The position numbers were made by a program, and so were the translations under genes. Below are positions 38,601-50,345 of a stretch of 64,000 bases of DNA, one piece after another. Position 1 is the stretch's first letter, and each line of letters starts with the position of its first letter. Source of the stretch: Balanoglossus misakiensis (taxonomy: Eukaryota; Animalia; Hemichordata); assembly GCA_040954595.2 (NCBI GenBank), contig CM082582.2, positions 3,022,303 through 3,086,302 of the forward strand. The letters are read 5' to 3'. Below the pieces are notes generated by a model. The model saw only the letters and a list, made by a program, of their open reading frames with translations, was not told the origin of the DNA and ran no database searches.

Positions 38601-41600
38601 TGGTGACCTAAGACAGGCAACAGTCAGGCTTCACTTACAAAAAGTGGAAAATACAATAGCTACATTGGTAGGCTGAAAGCTTACTTCCTGAGACTGTTTG
38701 TGCCAATGACGGGTAAGACCGCTTATGAAGTGGTGACCTAAGACAGGCGACAGTCAGGCTTCACTTACAAAAAGTGGAAAATACAATAGCTACATTGGTA
38801 GGCTGAAAGCTTACTTCCTGAGACTGTTTGTGACAATGACAGGTAAGACCGCTTATGAAGTGGTGACCTAAGACAGGCGACAGTCAGGCTTCACTTACAA
38901 AAAGTGGAAAATAAAATAGCTACATTGGTAGGCTGAAAGCTTACTTCCTGAGACTGTTTGTGCCAATGACGGTTAAGACCGCTTATGAAGTGGTGACCTA
39001 AGACAGGCGACAGTCAGGCTTCACTTACAAAAAGTGGAAAATAAAATAGCTACATTGGTAGGCTGAAAGCTTACTTCCTGAGACTGTTTGTGCCAATGAC
39101 GGGTAAGACCGCTTATGAAGTGGTGACCTAAGACAGGCGACAGTCAGGCTTCTCTTACAAAAAGTGGAAAATACAATAGCTTCATTGGTAGGCTGAAAGC
39201 TTACTTCCTGAGACTGTTTGTGCCAATGACGGTTAAGACCGCTTATGAAGTGGTGACCTAAGACAGGCGACAGTCAGGCTTCACTTACAAAAAGTGGAAA
39301 ATAAAATAGCTACATTGGTAGGCTGAAAGCTTACTTCCTGAGACTGTTTGTGCCAATGACGGGTAAGACCGCTTATGAAGTGGTGACCTAAGACAGGCGA
39401 CAGTCAGGCTTCTCTTACAAAAAGTGGAAAATACAATAGCTTCATTGGTAGGCTGAAAGCTTACTTCCTGAGACTGTTTGTGCCAATGACGGGTAAGACC
39501 GCTTATGAAGTGGTGACCTAAGACAGGCGACAGTCAGGCTTCACTTACAAAAAGTGGAAAATACAATAGCTACATTGGTAGGCTGAAAGCTTACTTCCTG
39601 AGACTGTATGTGCCAATGACGGGTAAGACCGCTTATGAAGTGGTGACCTAAGACAGGCGACAGTCAGGCTTCACTTACAAAAAGTGGAAAATAAAATAGC
39701 TACATTGGTAGGCTGAAAGCTTACTTCCTGTGACTGTTTGTGCCAATGACGGGTAAGACCGCTTATGAAGTGGTGACCTAAGACAGGCGACAGTCAGGCT
39801 TCACTTATAAAAAGTGGAAAATACAATAGCTACATTGGTAGGCTGAAAGCTTACGTCCTGAGACTGTTTGTGCCAATGACGGGTAAGACCGCTTATGAAG
39901 TGGTGACCTAAGACAGGCGACAGTCAGGCTTCACTTACAAAAAGTGGAAAATACAATAGCTACATTGGTAGGCTGAAAGCTTACTTCCTGAGACTGTTTG
40001 TGCCAATGACGGGTAAGACCGCTTATGAAGTGGTGACCTAAGACAGGCGACAGTCAGGCTTCACTTACAAAAAGTGGAAAATACAATAGCTACATTGGTA
40101 GGCTGAAAGCTTACTTCCTGTGACTGTTTGTGCCAATGACGGGTAAGACCGCTTATGAAGTGGTGACCTAAGACAGGCGACAGTCAGGCTTCACTTACAA
40201 AAAGTGGAAAATACAATAGCTACATTGGTAGGCTGAAAGCTTACTTCCTGAGACTGTTTGTGCCAATGACGGGTAAGACCGCTTATGAAGTGGTGACCTA
40301 AGACAGGCGACAGTCAGGCTTCACTTACAAAAAGTGGAAAAAACAATAGCTACATTGGTAGGCTGAAAGCTTACTTCCTGTGACTGTTTGTGCCAATGAC
40401 GGGTAAGACCGCTTATGAAGTGGTGACCTAAGACAGGCGACAGTCAGGCTTCACTTATAAAAAGTGGAAAATACAATAGCTACATTGGTAGGCTGAAAGC
40501 TTACTTCCTGAGACTGTTTGTGCCAATGACGGGTAAGACCGCTTATGAAGTGGTGACCTAAGACAGGCGACAGTCAGGCTTCACTTACAAAACGTGGAAA
40601 ATTCAATAGCTACATTGGTAGGCTGAAAGCTTACTTCCTGAGACTGTTTGTGCCAATGACGGGTAAGACCGCTTATGAAGTGGTGACCTAAGACAGGCGA
40701 CAGTCAGGCTTCACTTACAAAAAGTGGAAAATACAATAGCTACATTGGTAGGCTGAAAGCTTACTTCCTGAGACTGTTTGTGCCAATGACGGGTAAGACC
40801 GCTTATGAAGTGGTGACCTAAGACAGGCGATAGTCAGGCTTCACTTACAAAAAGTGGAAAATACAATAGCTACATTGGTAGGCTGAAAGCTTACTTCCTG
40901 AGACTGTTTGTGCCAATGACGGGTAAGACCGCTTATGAAGTGGCGACCTAATACAGGCGACAGTCAGGCTTCACTTACAAAAAGTGGAAAAAACAATAGC
41001 TACATTGGTAGGCTGAAAGCTTACTTCCTGTGACTGTTTGTGCCAATGACGGGTAAGACCGCTTATGAAGTGGTGACCTAAGACAGGCGACAGTCAGGCT
41101 TCACTTATAAAAAGTGGAAAATACAAAAGCTACATTGGTAGGCTGAAAGCTTACGTCCTGAGACTGTTTGTGCCAATGACGGGTAAGACCGCTTATGAAG
41201 TGGTGACCTAAGACAGGCGACAGTCAGGCTTCACTTACAAAAAGTGGAAAATACAATAGCTACATTGGTATGCTGAAAGCTTACTTCCTGAGACTGTTTG
41301 TGCCAATGACGGGTAAGACCGCTTATGAAGTGGTGACCTAAGACAGGCGACAGTCAGGCTTCACTTACAAAAAGTGGAAAATACAATAGCTACATTGGTA
41401 GGCTGAAAGCTTACTTCCTGAGACTGTTTGTGCCAATGACGGGTAAGACCGCTTATGAAGTGGTGACCTAAGACAGGCGACAGTCAGGCTTCACTTACAA
41501 CAAGTGGAAAAAACAATAGCTACATTGGTAGGCTGAAAGCTTACTTCCTGTGTCTGTTTGTGCCAATGACGGGTAAGACCGCTTATGAAGTGGTGACCTA

Positions 41601-44054
41601 AGACAGGCGACAGTCAGGCTTCACTTATAAAAAGTGGAAAATACAATAGCTACATTGGTAGGCTGAAAGCTTACGTCCTGAGACTGTTTGTGCCAATGAC
41701 GGGTAAGACTGCTTATGAAGTGGTGACCTAAGACAGGCGACAGTCAGGCTTCACTTACAAAAAGTGGAAAATACAATAGCTTCATTGGTAGGCTGAAAGC
41801 TTACTTCCTGAGACTGTTTGTGCCAATGACGGGTAAGACCGCTTATGAAGTGGTGACCTAAGACAGGCGACAGTCAGGCTTCACTTACAAAAAGTGGAAA
41901 ATACAATAGCTACATTGGTAGGCTGAAAGCTTACTTCCTGAGGCTGTTTGTGCCAATGACGGGTAAGACCGCTTATGAAGTGGTGACCTAAGACAGGCGA
42001 CAGTCAGGCTTCACTTACAAAAAGTGGAAAATTCAATAGCTACATTGGTAGGCTGAAAGCTTACTTCCTGAGACTGTTTGTGCCAATGACGGGTAAGACC
42101 GCTTATGAAGTGGTGACCTAAGACAGGCGACAGTCAGGCTTCACTTACATAAAGTGGAAAATACAATAGCTACATTGGTAGGCTGAAAGCTTACTTCCTG
42201 AGACTGTTTGTGCCAATGACGGGTAAGACCGCTTATGAAGTGGTGACCTAAGACAGGCGACAGTCAGGCTTCACTTACAAATAGTGGAAAATACAATAGC
42301 TATATTGGTAGGCTGAAAGCTTACTTCCTGAGACTGTTTGTGCCAATGACGGGTAAGACCGCTTATGAAGTGGTGACCTAAGACAGGCGACAGTCAGGCT
42401 TCACTTACAAAAAGTGGAAAATATAATAGCTACATTGGTAGGCTGAAAGCTTACTTCCTGAGACTGTTTGTGCCAATGACGGGTAAGACCGGTTATGAAG
42501 TGTTGACCTAAGACAGGCGACAGTCAGGCTTCACTTACAAAAAGTGGAAAATAAAATAGCTACATTGGTAGGCTGAAAGCTTACTTCCTGAGACTGTTTG
42601 TGCCAATGACGGGTAAGACCGCTTATGAAGTGGTGACCTAAGACAGGCGACAGTCAGGCTTCACTTACAAAAAGTGGAAAATACAATAGCTACATTGGTA
42701 GGCTGAAAGCTTACTTCCTGAGACTGTTTGTGCCAATGACGGGTAAGACCGCGGCCGCTTATGAAGTGGTGACCTAAGACAGGCGACAGTCAGGCTTCAC
42801 TTACAAAAAGTGGAAAATACAATAGCTACATTGGTAGGCTGAAAGCTTACTTCCTGAGACTGTTTGTGCCAATGACGGGTAAGACCGCTTATGAAGTGGT
42901 GACCTAAGACAGGCGACAGTCAGGCTTCACTTACAAAAAGTGGAAAATAAAATAGCTACATTGGTAGGCTGAAAACTTACTTCCTGAGACTGTTTGTGCC
43001 AATGACGGGTAAGACCGCTTATGAAGTGGTGACCTAAGACAGGCGACAGTCAGGCTTCACTTACAAATAGTGGAAAATACAATAGCTATATTGGTAGGCT
43101 GAAAGCTTACTTCCTGAGACTGTTTGTGCCAATGACGGGTAAGACCGCTTATGAAGTGGTGACCTAAGACAGGCGACAGTCAGGCTTCACTTACAAAAAG
43201 TGGAAAATATAATAGCTACATTGGTAGGCTGAAAGCTTACTTCCTGAGACTGTTTGTGCCAATGACGGGTAAGACCGGTTATGAAGTGTTGACCTAAGAC
43301 AGGCGACAGTCAGGCTTCACTTACAAAAAGTGGAAAATAAAATAGCTACATTGGTAGGCTGAAAGCTTACTTCCTGAGACTGTTTGTGCCAATGACGGGT
43401 AAGACCGCTTATGAAGTGGTGACCTAAGACAGGCGACAGTCAGGCTTCACTTACAAAAAGTGGAAAATACAATAGCTACATTGGTAGGCTGAAAGCTTAC
43501 TTCCTGAGACTGTTTGTGCCAATGACGGGTAAGACCGCGGCCGCTTATGAAGTGGTGACCTAAGACAGGCGACAGTCAGGCTTCACTTACAAAAAGTGGA
43601 AAATACAATAGCTACATTGGTAGGCTGAAAGCTTACTTCCTGAGACTGTTTGTGCCAATGACGGGTAAGACCGCTTATGAAGTGGTGACCTAAGACAGGC
43701 GACAGTCAGGCTTCACTTACAAAAAGTGGAAAATACAACAGCTACATTGGTAGGCTGAAAGCTTACTTCCTGAGACTGTTTGTGCCAATGACGGGTAAGA
43801 CCGCTTATGAAGTGGTGACCTAAGACAGGCGACAGTCAGGCTTCACTTACAAAAAGTGGAAAATATAATAGCTACATTGGTAGGCTGAAAGCTTACTTCC
43901 TGAGACTGTTTGTGCCAATGACGGGTAAGACCGCTTATGAAGTGGTGACCTAAGACAGGCGACAGTCAGGCTTCACTTACAAAAAGTGGAAAATAAAATA
44001 GCTACATTGGTAGGCTGAAAACTTACTTCCTGAGACTGTTTGTGCCAATGACGG
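14696..44054. repeat. 130-bp satellite array, block 3 (~226 monomers, with 129-, 131- and 136-bp length variants)
   Basis: Uninterrupted same-orientation array with several multi-monomer duplications (see findings). Confidence 0.99.
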
Positions 44055-44674
44055 TGTCATGAATTCAATGCATATTCATAGTTTCATTTGTCGCACTGCG
44101 CTTATGTCATGAATCCAATGCATATTCATAGTTTCGTTTGTCGCACTGCGCTTTTTTGACCTGGCGTTTGCGGTCAGTGCGCAGGCGTCCGTGTAATTGT
44201 TTTTTTCTCTGTATTAAATTTGGAAGTCCACGTGTATGCGTCCCCGTGTTTTTTTTACCCAAGCAGTTGCTGGAAGGAAGGTGGATACGACGCCCAAGTA
44301 CATGTAAGTTTTGAACATGTCAATGCGTTAGTGAAAGTTGGTAGTGCGAATCTGAGGGGATATGATGATGGATTTTGATGGTAGCCGCCGTCGTGGATGA
44401 ATACCGTTCCCTTTGAACCGGCTGTTCGGGAACTCTCTGTTGAGTCGTGGCTTCTCGTGACACGCAGCTTTGAATGAATATACAAACATCACTGTTTCTT
44501 CCCTGTCATTAAAATTATCGAACGTAATTTTCATTGCAAATATTTCACAGACGGTATTTTGTCGTTTCGTTAATTACTGACAAAAGATATCAGAGCTTTC
44601 TTTTCTGACAATAAAATATCTTGAAGATCCAAAGTGTCTCTTGCTGGCAAGCAAATTTTCCTCACGCCGTGACA
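44055..44674 (+). repeat. 5' LTR (620 bp)
   Basis: Direct repeat of 49726-50345 (offset 5671) with 5 substitutions seen (44086, 44115, 44210, 44448, 44530). It begins with a 50-bp tandem duplication and has AATAAA at 44610. Confidence 0.97.
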
Positions 44675-44676
44675 TA

Positions 44677-44693
44677 TGGGGGCTCGTCCGGGA
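44677..44693 (+). promoter_or_regulatory. Primer-binding site complementary to the tRNA-Pro 3' end
   Basis: TGGGGGCTCGTCCGGGA lies 2 nt after the LTR and matches 17 of 18 nt of the canonical tRNA-Pro PBS TGGGGGCTCGTCCGGGAT (as in MLV). Confidence 0.92.
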
Positions 44694-45155
44694 GAACGGC
44701 AATTTCGTTCTAATAAATTGGCGAGGATATTTGTTTTCTTGGTGGATTTCTGAACTTGTGAAATCCACAGACGGTATAGTATTTGTAAAACTGAGCATAG
44801 TTTATTTTTATTTCCCGTAAATCCTAGTACATGTACATAAAGCAGTGACATAGAGCTTTCTACTCAGTACGTATTTCGTTTTGTTATAATTGCCTAAAAT
44901 TGTAAGGCGTATATTGTCGTGACTGATCCCGGTTGATATTTCTTGGACACTGCACTTCTTGCAGGGTAGTAGACGCACAATAGCATTGTGTGAAACTATC
45001 TGGATATCAACTGGCGGGTCCGCTTCCTTGAGTCCAAATTTGTTTAATGAAATTGGATAGTTGGTCTACTCGAAAGCTTTTCACTGTTTTATAGGTTGCA
45101 ATTATATATGTATATCAGTGCTTTGTACTAGTACGCAGTTGACATTTTATTAGAT

Positions 45156-48100
45156 ATGGAAAAGTTTATTGACATTGGATCTGGGCTCGGTTTAACGGGT
45201 GAAGCGTTGTTAAATTTTGTCAAGGAGCAGCAGAATATAGAGAGAGAAGAGAGGCAGAGGGAACGTGAGTTAAAAAAGGATGAAATTGAAAGAGAGATCG
45301 AAGAGAAGAAGATGGCGGCAGATTTAGCTGAAAGAGAGGCACACCGAAAACATGATTTAGTTGAAAGAGAAGCGCAAAGGAAACATGAATTAGAAATGAA
45401 ACGGCTTGAAGCCGGTAGTGTCGAAGGGTGGCGTCATTTTGATGCTGGTTCTGATTTGGCGAAATCTCCCAAGTTACCCGCTTTTGTTGATGGGAAGGAT
45501 GAGCTAGATAGTTATTTGCTCCGTTTTGAACGCTTTGCAACTAGTAATAAGTGGGATAAGCCAAAGTGGGCATCTTTGTTAAGTGCATTGTTAACGGGTA
45601 AAGCTTTAGATGTTTATTCTAGACTGTCTGATACGGCAGCACAGAAGTATGACGATGTTAAGGATGCTCTATTGAAGAGATACGAATTAACAGAGGATGG
45701 CTATAGAGCCAAGTTTATGAATTTCAAACCCGAACATGGGGAAAGTTGTGATCAATGTTTGGTCCGTTTGATGAATTATTTCCATAAGTGGATCGAGTTA
45801 TCTGGTACTGTGAAAGATTTTGATAATGTATGTGAACTTATAGTCAAACAGCAGTTTATTGAAACATGCCCAAAGGACTTGGCCGTACATTTGCGTGAAA
45901 AGAACCCCAAAACTTTAGATAAAGTTGCAGATATTGCAGATCGTTACCTGCAGGCTCACGACAGACGTTTAACGTCGCTTGTAAACAATACTGATACAAA
46001 GCCTGTAACCAAAAGAGAACGCCGTCCTGCCAGTAGTGGTGGAAGCGGCATTGAAACCTCCGGTATTCAGTGTTATCGATGCAAGGGGTATGGCCATTTG
46101 TCCAAAGATTGTGCAAGTAAAATTGACCATAAAAATGTGTTTGGGGTTAAATGCCATAACTGTGGTCGTTTGGGACATAAAGCCCAAACGTGTAGGTGTC
46201 AGACTAAGTCGGGTGAGAAACCCACTCCCAAAAGAGTAGGAGCAGCAGTGACTAACCTTGATGCGATTCATTCCGTAAGGGGAGAGATGGGCGCCGCCTG
46301 TCTTGTAGGGCCAGAGCCTGCAACAAAGGCTGATGTGGAGTCGTGTATAAAAAATGGCGAACTTCTATTGGCTGGTGGGAAAACGATACCACTAGTTCAT
46401 ACTGCGTGTTTTCAGCCATTAGAAGCGAAAATGCCTACTGTAAAAGGGAAAATTGGTAACACTGCTGTAACTGCTCTCAGAGATACTGGTTGCAGTGGTG
46501 TTGTTGTCAAGAGGGAATTTGTGAAAGATGACCAATATACAGGCAAATTTTGTTGTATGCTTATGGTTGACAACACTGCTCGCACAGTGCCTGTTGCTAA
46601 AATTCATATTGATACTCCTTATTTGACTGGCGAGGTAGAGGCACAGTGTTTGCCTGATGCTATTTATGATTTAGTAATTGGTAATGTTCCTGGAGCAAGA
46701 GCGCCAGGTGATCCTGATACAAATTGGTCAGGAAAATGCGCTGTAGTTACTAGGGCTATGGCTAAAAAGAGCGACCAGTGCAAGCCCTTGAAAGTGCCTG
46801 CTGGCAGTAAATGTCTTGATGTTTGTAAAGAGAAGTTAATTGAAATGCAACGCAGTGACTCTGCTCTTGATAAATATTGGTCATTGAATACTCCCGAGGT
46901 CAAAGGGGAACGGGAAGTAGTATTTTTGGTAAGGGGTGGTGTGTTGTACAGACAATATACTCATCCATATTTAAATCATGGAACACCTGTGAAACAGATA
47001 ATGGTTCCAAAAGCATTGCGTAATCAAGTTATGTCAGTTGCCCATGATTCTATAACAGGTGGCCATATGGGGATAAAGAAAACCACAGACAGAGTATTGA
47101 CAAATTTCTATTGGCCGGGTATTCATGGTGACATAACACGTTGTTGTAGATCTTGTGATATTTGCCAGAGAACCATATCTAAAGGCAAAGTCATTAAAGT
47201 TCCCCTTCAGAAAATGCCGTTGATAGATGTACCATTCAAAAGAGTAGCCGTAGATTTAGTAGGGCCCATACACCCTCCTAGTGAGAGTGGCCATAGATAT
47301 ATACTTACCCTTGTCGACTACGCTACTAGATATCCAGAGGCTGTGCCATTAAAGCGCATCAGCACTGAGGATGTAGCAGAAGCATTAGTTGTCATGTATA
47401 GCCGACTTGGTATACCTGAAGAGATTTTACATGATATGGGGACACAATTTGTATCAGAATGTATGCGTGAAGTGTCCCGTTTACTTGGAATCAGGGGAAT
47501 GTCGACCACACCATATCACCCGATCTGTAATGGTTTGGTCGAAAAATTCAATGGTGTTTTAAAGTCGATGCTCAAACGTCTTTGTAGCGAACAGCCAAAT
47601 CAGTGGCATCGTTACATCAACGCATTATTATTTGCATATAGGGAGGTGCCCCAAGAGTCAACTGGGTTTGCCCCATTCGAGTTGATGTACGGGAGAACAA
47701 TTCGTGGGCCGATGCATATTCTTAAACAGCTTTGGACAACAAAAACTGATGAGACTGAAGTTAGAAATAGTTATCAGTATGTCTTCGAGTTGAGAGAACG
47801 TCTTGAACAGACGTTGAAAATTGCCCAAGCTGAGTTGTTAAAGTCACAACAGCGGTATAAACACTTTTATGACCGCGGTGCTAAAGTACGAAAATACATG
47901 CCAGGGCAGATGGTATTGGTTCTGTTGCCTACTGACAACAATAAATTGCTCATGCAGTGGAAGGGCCCTTATAAAATCGATAGTGTTATTGGTACCAATG
48001 ATTACAACGTATACGTAAATGGGAAGTACAAGACGTATCATGCCAATTTGTTGAAAGAGTATATTCATCGAGTTGAATTAGACAGTGATAAAGCAAGTTG

Positions 48101-49621
48101 CTGTTTACCAGCTTTGAATGTCGCAAGTGCCGCTATAATTGAGTATGAGGAAGCATGTACTGAAGATGCTGTAGTAGGTGATGACTTGTTGGAGCTTAAC
48201 ACATGTCTGTCAAAGGAAACAGTAGCTGATGTGAAGTTCGGTGATAAACGTACCCATGAGGAATTAGAATCTGCTAGGGCATTAGTAAACGAGTTTAGGC
48301 ACCTATTTACTGATATACCAGGGACTACTAATATAGTCCAGCACCACATTCATCTTACATCAGATGAGCCCATACGTTCCAGACCTTACCCAGTCCCATA
48401 TAAGATAAGAGAATCTTTGAAGAACGACATACAAAGTATGTTAGAAATGGGAGTGATACGTGAATCTAGATCGCCTTATGCTTCACCAGTAGTAATAGTT
48501 CGCAAACGAGATGGCTCGAATCGTATATGTATCGATTATCGCAAACTTAACAAAGTGACCGTATTCGATCCAGAGCCAATAATGACTTCTAATGACGTAT
48601 TACACGGCCTTGCTGGCGATAAGTGTTTTACAAAAATCGATCTTAGTAAGGGGTACTGGCAAGTTCCTGTTGCTGATGGGGATATACCAAAAACAGCGTT
48701 TGTTACACCAGATGGAGCGTACGAGTTCCTGAAAATGCCATTTGGTATGATGAATTCAGGTGCGACTTTAGTGCGTGGGATTCGTAAAATGTTGGGTGGG
48801 ATGGTCCATGTAGTTTTCTATATAGATGACATCCTCGTCCACACACGTACGTGGGCGGAGCATTTGCGTGTGCTCAGAGAGTTGTTCAAGAGAATGTCCG
48901 AAGCAGGATTTACAGCTCGACCATCCAAATGCATTGTGGGAGCTGACAGTATTGATTTTATCGGTCACCATATCAGGGAAGGTCACGTGAGTCCATACGA
49001 AGACAACGTTGAGAGAGTTAGAAATGCACAACGTCCGAGGACGAAGAAGGAAGTAAGGTCATTTCTAGGTCTTACAGGTTTCTACAGAGAATACATTCCA
49101 AACTATGCAGCAATAGCAGTGCCATTGACAGATCTGACCAAGAAGGGATCGCCAACTAGAGTTGCATGGGGCGACGCTCAGGAGATGGCATATAAGACGC
49201 TTATCCAACGCATAACAACGAAACCGATACTGAAGTTGCCTGACCCTGATAAGCAGTATGTTCTACGTACGGATGCATCTGATGTTGGTATCGCGGCTGT
49301 ATTGATGCAGGCACATGATGGTAAACTGTTCCCCGTGAGTTTACCAGCAAGAAGCTGTCAGACCGTGAGAGGGGATACTCAACTATCGAGAAGGAGTGTC
49401 TTGCTATTGTCTGGGCTGTTAGGAAGTATATGATGTATTTGTATGGTACAGAGTTCGTATTGCAAACTGATCATCAACCGCTCGTGTACATCGACCGTGC
49501 CAAGTTTATCAACGACCGCGTAATGAGATGGGCTATGTTCTTGCAGAACTACAGATTCCGAGTTGAATCCATCAAAGGATCGGACAACCATGGTGCGGAC
49601 TTCTTTAGTAGAGCAGTGTAG
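45156..49621 (+). CDS. Gag-Pol polyprotein (Gag-PR-IN-RT-RNase H) with one 1-bp frameshift at ~49341; the uncorrected ORF ends at 49433
   Basis: N-terminal coiled coil and SCAN/capsid-like region. Two CCHC knuckles (46071 CYRCKGYGHLSKDC, 46152 CHNCGRLGHKAQTC). Protease LRDTG (D at 46482). Integrase HHCC from ~47043, D(47253)-D(47433)-35-E(47541), and GPY motif ~47963. RT motifs RICIDYRKLN, KIDLSKGYWQV, MPFG, YIDD (48819). RNase H TDAS (49269) continues in the shifted frame as TSKKLSDRERGYSTIEKECLAIVWAVRKY...TDHQPL...ADFFSRAV*. Confidence 0.95.
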
Positions 49622-49712
49622 AACGATTGACGGTTTTGCTAAACAGCATTTGGAAATCGAGTTTCATGTTATTGAATTTGCGTTGTAGTAGCAAACTTAT
49701 AAGTTAGCTTTC

Positions 49713-49722
49713 AAAAAGGGAG
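49713..49722 (+). promoter_or_regulatory. Polypurine tract
   Basis: AAAAAGGGAG lies 3 nt (TTA) upstream of the 3' LTR. Confidence 0.8.
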
Positions 49723-49725
49723 TTA

Positions 49726-50345
49726 TGTCATGAATTCAATGCATATTCATAGTTTCGTTTGTCGCACTGCGCTTATGTCATGAATTCAATGCATATTCAT
49801 AGTTTCGTTTGTCGCACTGCGCTTTTTTGACCTGGCGTTTGCGGTCAGTGCGCAGGCGTCCGTGTAATTGTTTTTTTCTCCGTATTAAATTTGGAAGTCC
49901 ACGTGTATGCGTCCCCGTGTTTTTTTTACCCAAGCAGTTGCTGGAAGGAAGGTGGATACGACGCCCAAGTACATGTAAGTTTTGAACATGTCAATGCGTT
50001 AGTGAAAGTTGGTAGTGCGAATCTGAGGGGATATGATGATGGATTTTGATGGTAGCCGCCGTCGTGGATGAATACCGTTCCCTTTGAACCGGCTGTTCGG
50101 GAACTCTCTGTTGAGTCGCGGCTTCTCGTGACACGCAGCTTTGAATGAATATACAAACATCACTGTTTCTTCCCTGTCATTAAAATTATCGAACGTAATT
50201 GTCATTGCAAATATTTCACAGACGGTATTTTGTCGTTTCGTTAATTACTGACAAAAGATATCAGAGCTTTCTTTTCTGACAATAAAATATCTTGAAGATC
50301 CAAAGTGTCTCTTGCTGGCAAGCAAATTTTCCTCACGCCGTGACA
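49726..50345 (+). repeat. 3' LTR (620 bp)
   Basis: TGTCA...TGACA, followed by the target duplication GACGG. Candidate poly(A) signal AATAAA at 50281. Confidence 0.97.

Larger units (their letters stand above)
44055..50345 (+). mobile_element. Full-length Ty3/gypsy LTR retrotransposon, Gmr1-like (PR-IN-RT-RH order), 6,291 bp
   Basis: Two 620-bp LTRs (TGTCA...TGACA), 5-bp target duplication GACGG (44050-44054 and 50346-50350), PBS, PPT and a Gag-Pol ORF. The satellite resumes in register after the element. Confidence 0.97.

Noticed and set aside
45156-49621. Classification as Ty1/copia or as an endogenous retrovirus
   Set aside because: RT, RNase H and IN motifs are gypsy-type despite the domain order. 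Only ~100 bp separate the pol stop from the 3' LTR, leaving no room for env.
44255-50205. Minus-strand and alternative-frame ORFs within the LTRs and Gag-Pol
   Set aside because: All are short (62-106 aa) shadow ORFs without motifs. The exception is 49430-49621, which is the frameshifted RNase H end.
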